This document shows, in pieces, positions 30,507 to 57,189 of a stretch of DNA of 64,000 nt; position 1 is the stretch's first letter, and each line of letters starts with the position of its first letter. The translations under genes were made by a program, and so were the position numbers. This stretch comes from the human T2T-CHM13v2.0 reference genome, Homo sapiens. Where the stretch lies: assembly GCF_009914755.1 (NCBI RefSeq), contig NC_060942.1. The stretch is one strand, 5' to 3'. The notes beneath the pieces were generated by a model. The model had not been told where the DNA came from. It did no database searches and saw only the letters and a program-made list of their open reading frames with translations.

Positions 30507-31221
30507 ATGAAGATGGAGGAGGCAGTGGGAAAAGTTGAAGAACTCATTGAGTCCGAAGCCCCACCAAAAGCATCTGAACAAGAGACAGCCAAGGAGGAAG
30601 ATGGATCTGTAGAACTGGAATCTCAAGTTCAGAAAGATGGTGTAGCGGATTCTACAGTTATTTCTTCAATGCCCTGCTTGTTGATGGAACTGAGAAGGGA
30701 CTCTTCTGAGTCTCAGTTAGCATCCACAGAGAGTGACAAGCCTACAACTGGCCGAGTTTATGAGAGTGACTCCTCTAATCACTGCATGCTTTCCCCTTCC
30801 TCTAGTGGTCACCTGGCTGATTCAGATACGTTGTCTTCCGCAGAAGAGAATGAACCCTCTCAGGCAGAAACGGCGGTAGAAGGAGACCCTTCAGGAGTGT
30901 CTGGTGCCACAGTTGGGCGCAAGTCTAGGCGGTCCCGATCTGAAAGTGAAACTTCCACTATGGCTGCCAAGAAAAACCGGCAATCCAGTGATAAACAGAA
31001 TGGCCGAGTCGCCAAGGTTAAAGGTCATCGGAGCCAAAAGCACAAGGAGAGGATCAGGCTACTGAGGCAGAAACGGGAGGCTGCTGCAAGGAAGAAATAT
31101 AACCTGCTGCAGGACAGTAGTACCAGTGATAGTGACCTGACTTGTGACTCAAGCACGAGCTCATCAGATGATGATGAAGAGGTTTCAGGGAGCAGCAAGA
31201 CAATCACTGCAGAGATACCAG
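30507..31221 (+). CDS. ARK2N: ARK2N (C18orf25/ARKL1) first coding exon, codons 1-238 plus 1 nt (phase 1)
   Basis: Non-repeat [24 protein letters not shown]...[18 protein letters not shown]...[33 protein letters not shown]...TAEIP, recognised as the human C18orf25 N-terminus. Donor CCAG|gtagag after 31221; 715 coding nt = 238 codons + G, joining in frame to the exon at 54632. Confidence 0.96.
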
Positions 31222-34036
31222 GTAGAGGATGTTTTTTAAACTGACTGTAAAGTACCTGATGGCATTTCTCAGCTATCAGGTTCAGTTAGATGAGTGACAC
31301 TTGAAAAAATCCAGGAGACCTGCAGCTCTGTGTAAATTTGAAGACTGCAGTCTATTAACAAGACATGGCCAATTTATAAAACCTGTTCTGAGGTTTCCAG
31401 TGAACTTTAGCACATCAGGAAAAACAAAATTAAAGGGTTAATGATAGGGACAAGATTATTTTTAAGTAATGGAATTTCTCATAAGTCTGTCTGTAACACA
31501 TTACCTGAACTCCCAATCATTGCCTTTTTGGCACTGCTTAGATTTAATACTCACTGTTCGGCATCATTACTGAGTACATTCTCCTCAGGAATAGGCACCT
31601 TGCTTTATTATATAGCCACTGCACTTGAGCTTATAGTGTCTGAAATAACACATTCTATCTTTTGTTAAAGTTTTCTAATAATTTTTCCTCCAAAAACAGT
31701 AGTTTTATGTGTTTCCCCCATATTCAATGCATGAGAAGCTAGTTATCCTTGTTACAAATCTTTCTATCCTCACGTTGAAAAGAATGTCTTTCTGAAAAAT
31801 TTCCCATTAGTTCCCCAAGTTTTAAAAAAGTTTGTTAGAAATCCGCTTGTTCTAGCTCTCATTGGTATAAGGGTCTGTAACTTATTACATATTTGGTAAA
31901 TCTGCTTTCCCCATTCTTATTGCATCTGGTACTGTGTACTATAATACAAAGGCAGTCTTGAGATTTCATAGTGGAAGAAAGATGTATCTGAATGGTTCTT
32001 AAGTAGTGAATTCTTATTATCCAAGAGATCCTTACAATATGATCAGGAACATTTTGTAAACTGTATGGCATTGAATAGGTCATGGCAGTATTGTTTATTG
32101 CCACATTGAAGAGGGGCAAGTTTGGGTTTTCTAAAGTTTTATGGGTGACTATGTTTTTTCTCTCCCTGTTTTCTGAAAGCTTTCTGTTTCTACATGTGAA
32201 GACAGCATATTGCTGATATACAAAGAACATTTCAAGAGAAATCATATTGGTTAATGGAATCTATAGCTTCCCAAACTTATATAAATTCAGTAACAAGAAT
32301 GATTGGTTTTAAAGCACTTTATAGGTGTTCAAGTTCTGATAATAAGTCTTGTCCATATAATATAAATATGAGTCTCAAACGATCTTTAGAAATGCTTTTT
32401 ACTGTTTTAATATCTCTATTGGATTCCTTTGCTATTGTTCCTTGTAATAAAACTACCGGGAGGGGGATTTCAATGAAGCTCATCAGTTAAATGTATGAGA
32501 GAAACAGACTTTGGGGTTGTTCTAAGGCAGGTTTTAGGTATATATTTTAGTTTTACATGTATTAATATTTTTAAAAAAACCTTATTAATACCTGTAAAAT
32601 TGTGCATTCCTATATCCTCTTCTAACCTCTTAATCAAGACCTTGATGGAACTCTTAATACAATACTTACTTCCACTTACTAAGCAGGATTTTATGTAACT
32701 ACCCCAATACTTTGCCTTTTTGTGGAAAGGAAGAAGGTGGGTAAACAAAATTTAAAGTCAGAACCCTATTGTAAGGTGGCTTGAGAAATGTCTTCATAGG
32801 CACTTTCCCTGTTTTGCTTAAATAGGTTAGATGTGCTTTGTTCATATTTTCCTAATCTTCTTTCTAATTGAGTATCTTGACCACTGCTTAAAACTTAAAA
32901 CACCAGTGTCTGTTTCTTGTCTCTTCTGAATTGTGTACTAACTGAACACCAAAGTAAATTAATTTGAATCTATAGTTTGGTTTCTATTGTTCACACCATT
33001 TAGTAACTTTGTGGCTTTTGAAAATACACATAGTTTTCTAAGGTAATCCTGGAGAATCAAATGGTAGATTGAGGTACAGGGTCACTGTATGTGACTGCCT
33101 GTGTGTGTGCTGGCAGTTTTGGGAGGTCTTATGGTATACCTGCCATTCCCATAAGACAGGTATGAATGATCTTTACTGGAATTATGCAAAGCAGCAAAAA
33201 TGGAACAACTTAGAGTTCAAATATTAGGAATTTCATTTCAATTGTCCATATTGTTGTCTCTTGAAAAATTGTGACATTGTGAATTTTTAATGTAACAGTG
33301 ATGTATCTTTCAGTTTACTGAGTCACCTTATGACTTTGGGGAAGAGAGGAGGCACGTTCAACCTTATAGTAAGAGCAGTTGTCGAAAAGTTGCCTAAATT
33401 GTAAAGGTAGGATAAATTATGAACTGACTTGAGTTCAACAACATGGACATTCAGGTGAACTTAAGCTGGATGGGCCTAACAGAATCTCTTGGATGTCGGA
33501 ATGTTAATTCAGCTGTTTACACAGAATGGAAACCAAGTGGAAAAGTAAAAACCGATTATTGCCATACTCTTTCATTAAGGTACAACCAATTTAGTAATTC
33601 AGAAAATGCTCTTTATAAGCTTTTGTTTGGGCTCAGCTTAAAAGTTGAAGGCATTATCCTAAATAATTCCTGTTAGGATATCCTAATACCTTAATCCTAA
33701 ATGTTATGCCAAATAATTGTAACTGTTAATGCATATTCTTTTAGAGAGTGCAAATAATTAATAATGCAGACCAGTGTAGTGCATGATCATACTTTAATTG
33801 AGTTTGATATCTGGGCAACAGATGTTTATGACGATTTTTTAAAGTTAGCAGTTAACTGACAGGCAGCTTAGTATCGGCACTAGATCATCTCTCTTTGAAG
33901 TTTTTGGAAATATATTGATGTTTTAAGAATCTGTTTGGAGGTATCATATCAAAATAATGCTGGCAGTACTTTCATTTGGCAGACTTAGAGTTGAGTAAAG
34001 GGCATTTTATAGTAAATTTATAATATTTTATAGTGA

Positions 34037-34394
<358 letters not shown>

Positions 34395-35044
34395 ATTATC
34401 AAGTGGTTTCCTTATGCATTATCTTTTTGTGCTTTGATCATGCTCTGCAGTTTTATGATTAGAGTATTACTGTTCATGGGGGGTCAGTTTCTCTGTAAAA
34501 GCAGTTTTGAGACTAGCTCTATAAAATCTGTAGTTGGAGGGATTTTGATTTTAATGTAAATAATGGACATTAGCCTTCATTCAGTTTGAAAAAGTTAATT
34601 TTTTGAACATACTAACATACGTGCATCGGTGTACATGGTCAGTGGGGAAAAGTTTTTCCAGTAACTGTTTTTCATAAATATTTAGCAGAGTGGACCTCCA
34701 TACAGGGTAGCTTTATCTTGTCTTGTCTTTAATGACCTGCTTTGTGGTTAAATGCTTATTCACACCGAAGTTCCAAAAATAATACCCCTCGTGGCAGGTA
34801 AGAGTCGGTTGTCTTGGTTTGTTTGCCTTTGAAAATCTCATTTCTTTTGGAGAATGTCATTGAGGCTACTGAGGACAGCTGTTTAAGTTTACTTGAATTC
34901 TCAATCCATGCAGCCAGGCTAGACCAGCTCAGCCCCACTTCAAGACAAAATCTCAGCACCCATTACTCACCATACATATTTATGCAGTGAGCTGCATCAT
35001 GACCAGCTATCATCTTACCTCATAGTTTTTTTCTCTGGTAGAGA

Positions 35045-36350
<1,306 letters not shown>

Positions 36351-36660
36351 TTGGGGGTTTAATTGCTTGGCAAATTTTAAATATAAGGCAGTGAGGAGGA
36401 TTCATGGTTGAAGATCCCAAACCCACATAGTGAATCCATGAAGCGCAGTAATTGACCTTTTTCCTAGATTGAATATCAAAGGATTTCAGTGGCTAAAAGC
36501 CTCATGTCCCTATTTTAAGCCTTTTGTAATCTGGTTGTAGTTTGGTAGCTATTTAAGAGACTCACAAAATACATTGATAACAAAACACTGACACAGAATA
36601 ATCAGGTAAAAACTGTCTATTTTCAGATTGGTAAATGCAAATCAGATGGGTAAAATACAT

Positions 36661-36836
36661 ATGGTTTGCAATCTGGCTATGTATTAGAATCAGCTGGGTG
36701 GTATTTAAACCATCTGATGCCCAGACCCCACTTTAGCCCCATTCAATCAGAATCTTTGGGGTCTGACCCCAGGCATCAGCTTTAAATGATTGACCTTAGG
36801 TGATGACACTGAGTAGCCAGGGCTCAGAACCGCTCA
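36661..36836. mobile_element. MER5A-like hAT MITE
   Basis: attagaatcagctggg...gatgcccagacccca...aatcagaatctttgggg...cccaggcatcag...aggtgat...gccagggctcagaaccgct. Confidence 0.8.
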
Positions 36837-37329
36837 GTTAAGCAGTGATATGTTAAGTTTCCTGTATCTGAAAATCACTGTGAAACTGGTAGTCTGGTTC
36901 AATTAAGTTCTCTTACTGCTAATGGGTATCAAGTTCTAAACAGTGGAGTCTGGTTTTTTTGAAATTACATTAGTTATAAATCACAGCACAGTTCTATATT
37001 AATTAACAAGCATTAAGTGCCCTCTTTTACTTCATTTAAGCGATTATTTGAAAAGCATGCAATGTCTAAATGTGGTTTTCTGTACGCTACAAGGTCTAGA
37101 TGATGTTAATTAAAAAGCTTTGAAGTCTTACTGGTGGGTATCCTTTGGCAATTTCTCATGTTGAAGCACCAAGATACTATTTTTGGCCTGCTTATTTTCT
37201 GAAGTGAGTGCCTATATTAACTTTGTAAAAGGAAAAGGTCTTTTTCTCAAAATAGGATATATCTTAGTGTTAATAAAAGAGCATGTGTGTGTTTAAGGTG
37301 AGAATGTGGTCCCTTTTTTTGTCATTGTT

Positions 37330-37580
37330 TTTTAATAGATTTTGCTTCTAGAGCAGTTTTAAGTTCGTAGCAAAATCGAGCAGAGGAGACAGAGAGTTCC
37401 CATGTACCCCCTTCTCCCACGTAGCCACGGCTTCCCCTACTATCAACATCCTGCACTAGAATGGACATTTGTTACAATTATGAACCTACATTGACACATC
37501 ATTATCACCCAAAGTCTGTAGTTTACTGTTAGGGTTCACTCTTGGTGTTGTAAGTTCTGTGGGCTTTGATAAATGCGTAA
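37330..37580 (-). mobile_element. L1MC-type 3' terminal fragment
   Basis: tagagcagttttaagttcgtagcaaaatcgagcag...gagttcccatgtacccc...gaacctacattgacacatcattatcacccaaagtc. Confidence 0.85.
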
Positions 37581-38327
37581 GTGGTTCCTGTTTTTAAGGG
37601 CTCAAAATGTCTTACTTATCAGTGATTATTGCTTGTAGGAATCTATGAGGCTACAACTTATCTCACTGCCCCCAGCATAAATGTTCTTATACCATTATCA
37701 GCTTTTAAATACCCATTTTTAGTATTCATTGAGAAATAAGTAATGCGAGAATCTAAAGCAGATCAAAGGAGCCATCCGATTTCCTGTCCTATGCTTAAGT
37801 TTGCCCAGCACTTATAATGGGGCTTAAAGGAAGTTAAACTTTAGATTTCATTTAGTCTTTTTTTCCATAAGCTAAACATACTAACCTTTGGGGAAAGGTA
37901 TGTCCTTCTTGAGGGAGTTTTCGTATAAACAAAACTTTTTTAAAAAGTGAAAACAGCATAGGGGATGGAGTAATCAGAGGAAAAGGAACATTATGAAATT
38001 AGGCAGAGGTTGGTGACCGACTTCATGAGGTTTTTGTTTGCTGGATAGAGCTGGGCTAAATGTTTGTCTCACAGCCTTTTAGGCATTGAAAATAGGTGGC
38101 CTGACTGATTTAAACATTCTTTTTTATCTAGGAGAAACAGTTATATTTGATAGTGAGACAGGGGAAACTTCTCTTTGCATCTTCATAAAAGGCCACTATG
38201 TGATAAAGCAAACCATGTTTTCACAAATTAGTTTAACAAATGCTCAATAGAGCATTTCATAAGAGCATTATTTATAAGACTCTTGATGTAGGTTGATGGT
38301 ATAAGGCTAAGATTGGTTGATTCCATC

Positions 38328-38575
38328 AATCATTCTTTTATTCAGCAAGTATCTGAGCACCCAGTCCATTGGCTTTGGGGTTACAACAGTGAAAGAAGTC
38401 TCTGTTGTCATGGAACTTAATCTTTCATGAGGAGACAATAAATGAATTTATCATATGTTATCAGGTAGGGATATATGATGTGAATAATAATAAAGCAGGA
38501 TATAAGAGATAAAGATTAGGAATGGGGTAGAAAAGCTATTTTAGTCAAGAATGATCTGAGGAAGTAACATTTTTA
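38328..38575 (-). mobile_element. L2 3' end
   Basis: cattcttttattcagcaagtatctgagcacc...acaacagtgaaa...tcatggaactta...tctgaggaagtaacattt. Confidence 0.7.
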
Positions 38576-39134
38576 TTAGGTCCCTTAGAATGAAGAGTTC
38601 AATATAGTTATTTTATTAGAGACCCAAACTATAGGTGACCCAAACCAAAGATAATCTAGCCTAGTTCAAGGATGAAATTATATATATATGGGGCCATATC
38701 CTAAACTGGACCACTATGCTACTGGGTATTAATAGTTGTACACATGTTCAGGTGTTTGGAAAGTGCTGGATTATGTGTTAACAGATGCCTTTTGTTTTAA
38801 ACCACAGGGCACTTCAGCCATTAATGAATGTGCTCTCCAGAGGGGAAGGATGTGATTTGTAGTATATCCCAAACTTAACTACATTTTTTTGTGTGTGTGT
38901 ATGGCATGCATTTTAACACTTCACACAGACCAGCGTTTGTAAAAGCTGACCCAGAGGTATTCTGTATCATCTCCTTCCTGTGGTTTTCCATAAGAATTAA
39001 AAAAAAATTAAAACAGATCTTTTGTGTGATAAGAATCATCACCTAAGAGTGATTGTGTAATGATTGAGTATGGGCCAGCTGACAAAACAACTTTTTAGAA
39101 TTTTAAAGTGAAAGGAGTTAAAATACTCAAGAAT

Positions 39135-39281
39135 GTAGTGGTTCTCAACTAAGGACATACATTAAAATCACCTGGGGAGCTTAAACCGAAACAAATCTTA
39201 GAAGACTTGGAGCCACCCTAGGTTTTGGTATTTGTTAAGCCACTCCAGTTCTTATTGTTCAGCAAAGGTTGGAAACTACTG
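39135..39281. mobile_element. MER5A-like MITE fragment
   Basis: tagtggttctcaact...cattaaaatcacctggggagctt...cagcaaaggttggaaactactg. Confidence 0.7.
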
Positions 39282-40052
39282 TTAAAGATTCAGTCAGTTG
39301 TATTCAGTCTGTGTAGTAACAGAATACATGCTGCTAGGTAGATAAATTAAAGCTATGAAAAATGATAATGTTAGTCATTTTATTTTTTTGGAATTAGTGA
39401 CTTTGATTAATGAATTTAATCACTGCCTATGAATGCTGGATCTATCAGGCTCTTCTTAGCAATGCTTGTGTCATTTTCCTGAGTAAGTGTGTCTTAATAA
39501 AAATACAATTTCCGAAGCAATAATGTTTTATGAAATGGCCTCAGTGTCTTTAAAGGTGCCTTCAGTCATGCTGCGGGATCTGAAGGAGTGCCCAGGGAAG
39601 TTACAGGATTACTTGACAGGGGTACTGTGTGATAGGAACTGCACAGGCAGTGGCCTAGAAGAGGCCAGGAGCTGTTTTTCCAAGATGCAGAGGCAGACAG
39701 AGAAGTTCCACGTGTGGATGGAAAAGGTAACTCATCTTGACACTGGCGAAGAGAACAAGCAGCTACTGGAACCCAGGGGACCTAAGATGCAACTAGTTGG
39801 CCAAAGAATTTTCCCTGTCACCCCATCAAGTGCTTACATGGCAGATGCCTGATTTCCAAGTACTGCCACAGCAGCCCTTTGGTTCTTACCTGACTTGTCC
39901 AAATATTGACAGTATGTCAGAGTTCCCAAAGATGTATAATTGCAATTTTCTAGTTAACGTTGCTGGAAATGGAAATATTACAGAACAACCTTTGAATCTA
40001 TCACAAAATTAATTGTATTGACAATCTGCGTTTTGGATTGTGTAAGAAATAA

Positions 40053-52314
<12,262 letters not shown>

Positions 52315-54631
52315 CCAAGTGCTTTAAACAAATCTTACTTAATTTTGGTTTCCTAATGATAGTGTAAAATGACCTTGGAACACAAGATCCTTAATTGTGG
52401 CTTCTTGTTGGAAGATGAAGTTGGAAGGACAACCATTTCATTATTTTACTGAAGTTTATATAGTATTGACTTGTCATTGTTTGAATATATTGAAAATGAA
52501 AAATGACAGTGATCATAATTTATTTTCAATTTTAAGTGTAATATATGAAAATATTGCTGTCTCTGTTTATGATGAATACTAAATTTAAGCTAAGTTATAA
52601 GGTGTGCTGTTTGGAAATATGGAAGAAACAAGAATGAAGCCAGATAACAAGTTTATGCTTGTATTTCCTACTGATGAAGACTTTCAGACGAGTTATTTTC
52701 ATGGGTAGGTGATGTCACTCTGCATGTATACACTTATACTTTTTTGCATGATTATACATGTAGGAGTGGTACAATTTTGACTTGACTGTTGACCTGTTGC
52801 CTCAATTTGGGGGTAGGGGTGGAGAATATGAGGGCAAGAGGCTCTGAATGGTATTAGTCATATAAATTTTAAAATAACTCACTAAAATAACTTAGTACAA
52901 ACACCTAAGAAAAAGCCCTTAAAAAATAGAACATATGGTCAAATAGTCAATATTGTACTTGGCCCTTATATCTTCTGTATCCAAGTATTTGGACATCACA
53001 CAGTATCTTGATTCCATAATAATCATTTTGAACTCTGACGAGAACGCCATTGAATATTGCAGCTTTCTTTTCTTTTTTTAGAAAAGAAAAACCTGAAACA
53101 CGAATCATTTTCTTGCTATTTAAACTAAAATCAATTACCAACTGATACCAAGGCCACACTGTTGAATTTTATGGTCATTGAACTTGATTTACCCCTTAAG
53201 GGGATCTGGAAATTATTTTTAAGTAGTCAACTAAAGTTGTCATGATCGTCAGAATTTCATATTGTGACATGTCTGTTCTTTATACAGTGGCACCTAACAA
53301 CTCATTTACTTTTATGTTTGGTCATTTTTTATTTAAAAAATATTACTACATAAACCTGTGGTTTGGTAGTTTAGTTTTAAGGGATCACTACCCAAAGTGT
53401 GTTTTTGTTCAGTGACAATTGACACAATGGATATTTGTATTAAAATAGTAATACTTCATTGTGTTACATTTTTATGATTCATTGGCACAGATGCATTCCT
53501 TCATAGTCAAGAGTTTCATAAAATAGGTGTGTTTAATATTCATTTGTTGGATGATATCTTAAAAACCTTAATGGAAATAGTTTGCTTGCGCTTCATAAAT
53601 AGCCTTTGGGGGAGAAAACAGCATTCGTTTATTTCTGCTTTATATTAAAATAGGGGTAGTAGAGGGATTTCTTACTTGAAGGAAAACTTTATGTTTGCTT
53701 TTTGCTGTTAACGTTTTTCTTAAAAAAGGGGTAGAATTAGCATTTTAAAGCATGTATCTATTCTACAAGCATGAATATTGACTTATTTTAGCATGAATTG
53801 CTGCAGTGTAATTAATTTACTTTGAAACTCAGCTGCCTTTTTCAGCCAGTTAGGGGGATTTGAGGGTGGAAGGGTCCTCTTCCAGTAAGAACTTCAATAT
53901 TTTCTTGTAAAATCACCCATAAGATTGCATATTGTTTAGTTGGAGTATGAGCTGGTTGTCTTTCTTAAGGAAAAGGAAATAGAAATATCCCTCATAAGAT
54001 ATCCAAAGCAAAATCCTGAAAATGGATTTGTTGTATTGTCTTTTTACAGAATGTCATAAAGTGTATAACATCCCTGTTTTTATAAAAGGACTTTACTGGA
54101 AATAGATATGTTAGTCAAACAGAGCTCTAGTGTTAACCTTATTTCTTTAGGACATAGGAAAATATATTTGATTTTCTTTTCTGAATCTACTAGAGACTTT
54201 TTATATTACCCAGTAAGAGAAAGAACTAGATTCATTCTTTTAAAAAATATAAATTGGGTTTTAATAATTTGCATCAGTTTTTTCCTTTAAGAAATCAGTT
54301 CCACTTTCTCTGTGGAGTCATCCTTTTTTTCTTAATCTTGCTCTTTAAAAGTATGACAGGAATTCAGTGTAACATTGTTGAGTATAGTCTTGTCTTCTGT
54401 TCTTCATAGTAACACTCCTTTTCCTCCTTCCAAAATGTGTCCATCATCTTTGTAAGCTTGGATTATCTTTTTCACTTTCACATTTTGTACAAAATATTAG
54501 ATCTATAAAGTGCAGCTTTTCTGATGAGATAGAATAATGAAGGCAACTGACATTAGAGGGCTCTTACTAGTTTCAGAAGTATTTTTCACCCCACACGTTA
54601 GATACAAGTATACATTTTCTTTCCTCCCTAG

Positions 54632-54814
54632 ATGGACCTCCAGTTGTAGCTCATTATGATATGTCTGACACCAACTCTGACCCAGAAGTGGTAAATGTGG
54701 ACAATTTATTGGCGGCTGCAGTAGTTCAAGAGCACAGTAATTCTGTAGGCGGCCAGGACACAGGAGCTACCTGGAGGACCAGCGGGCTTCTAGAGGAGCT
54801 GAATGCAGAGGCAG
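54632..54814 (+). CDS. ARK2N: ARK2N next coding exon, 183 nt, phase 1-1: (D)GPPVVAHYDMSDTNSDPEVVNVDNLLAAAVVQEHSNSVGGQDTGATWRTSGLLEELNAEA(G)
   Basis: Acceptor cattttctttcctccctag|ATGGA; donor GCAG|gttggt. G + AT = Asp continues the frame of the previous exon, and the peptide matches my recollection of C18orf25. Confidence 0.95.
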
Positions 54815-56069
54815 GTTGGTCTTCCCCATCCCCCTTCTCTAACGGTGTAATATGCATGTGTCCTGGAGCTGTTTTCCTTGTAGTGGACCCTGATGAGGAG
54901 AACAGGTCATACCAGAGACATCTGGCATTGAATGATTGGTTGTGACTATCCAGGCTGCCATTTATACCTGAAACAATTTGGATAGCTTGTCATTCATCTT
55001 TCCTACTCAGAAGGAAGTAGAAATAAGAGCATTTAAGACATTAATTGTAGGTATTGGTAGGTTTCAGTAGGCATATTTCTTGGATTAAAAATGCCCAATA
55101 TTTGCAAAAATGACCCAGATATGCTCATATTCTTTGGCCAGTTCTTTCTCTCACTTTAATTCTGGGTAGTGACCTTGCAGCTTGGATAGGGAATCGTTGA
55201 ATCTCTCCCTGTGGGGCTGGCTGTTCATACACAGCGCTGCCGCTGTTTCTTGTGCTTCTTGCTGTGGAGTGACCCTGTTAATTCCTCGTCAGTAAGTTCT
55301 CATTTGTCTTTTCTAACTCCTTTCTTTTAGTTTCTGTCTCTGTTAGCTCAGGAAAAAAAATCTCTGTCCCTGTCTTACATTTTTTTAGTTTTGTGATTAT
55401 TCTTTAAGGTGGTATTTATTCACTAAAAAATCCACTGCTGTTACCTTTGAAAAACTTTCACAATACCTCCAAGTCTTCTTCAATATTTTCTTCAAAAGTT
55501 TCTTTCAGCATTCTAATTTAAACCTTGTTTTGTTGTTGTTGTGAAAATACTAGCACTGAACATTTAAGAAGAGAAGGGGATTGAGAGACTGCTTATGCAG
55601 TGTATAATTTCTTCAGTGTTGCTGAAAGATTATAGTTTTCTAGTTAATTTATAAATGCATTGGTTTTATGAGTTAATCTAATAGTTTAATCACTACCTAA
55701 AGTTATTTTTATGAAAAATGAGTTTTACAAAAAAATGAGTTATAGTTTAGAACTTTTTATATTGAGACAGAACTCCATTGATTGTTGTTGTCTTAAATTA
55801 TTCCTTTCATAATCTTTGATTGGAATTACAGAAAAATCACTTGTTTGTTGACCTGATTGATTTACTGTAGCTAATTTTGGAACTGAACCTGAATTTAGTT
55901 TTGATTTTTTTTGACTGGTAACTGCTGCCTGTTTGTCCTTGGACCAGTTGTTTCTCCTCTGGACTTCAGTTTTTATATGTATAAATCCTTGTTTTGCCCA
56001 ACAAGTGTCTTTTAAGGATTTATTAATATGTATTAATACAAATACTTTGAAAAGAAGTAATAATGCTTC

Positions 56070-56735
<666 letters not shown>

Positions 56736-56924
56736 TTGTAATTTGTATATTAGATGGTTTATCTTTGTTTTTCATCCTTTGGCAATTAAGTCATCCATTC
56801 CACTTCAGTTTTATTTCTCTGTTTTCTGAGTCTTGCCGTTAAATATAGACCATTTTATGGTAAAGTTTTGGGGTAAAAAATGAATGATTACCAACGTTTT
56901 GCTCTTCATATGCAGAATTCTTAA

Positions 56925-57008
56925 TATTAGATTGAACCGTATGGAATTGTTAATATTTGACTTTTTGACCTACAAAAAATCAGCCATTTCTTATGACTTG
57001 ACCGAATA
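56925..57008. mobile_element. MADE2-like mariner MITE with TA target sites
   Basis: ta-ttagattgaaccgtatggaattg...tttttgacctacaaaaa...catttcttatgacttgaccgaa-ta, an ~80-bp imperfect palindrome. Confidence 0.8.
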
Positions 57009-57189
57009 ATGCAAAGTTTGCGGTTTTAAAATATCATTAAAGTTTAGCTTTTGGGATGGCATTCACATTTTCAGATTCAAGTAATTGTTAGCCTATTTAA
57101 AAATCACTCTTAAGAAACTACAACCATTCTTTTTAAGAAATAAAACGTGGTAAAAGTATGTGAGGAGGAAAACAACTGTGGCTTCAGAT

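Noticed and set aside
31222-31244. ORF-track C-terminus GRGCFLN of the 245-aa ORF
   Set aside because: Intronic read-through past the donor. It is excluded from the CDS and considered only as a hypothetical intronic-polyA isoform.
31441-33676. Several 67-128 aa ORFs in AT-rich intron on both strands
   Set aside because: No recognisable homology or splice context; composition fits chance ORFs in AT-rich DNA.
54661-54945. Stand-alone 94-aa ORF MSDTNSDPEVV...
   Set aside because: An internal Met of the ARK2N exon plus read-through into the intron; not a separate gene.
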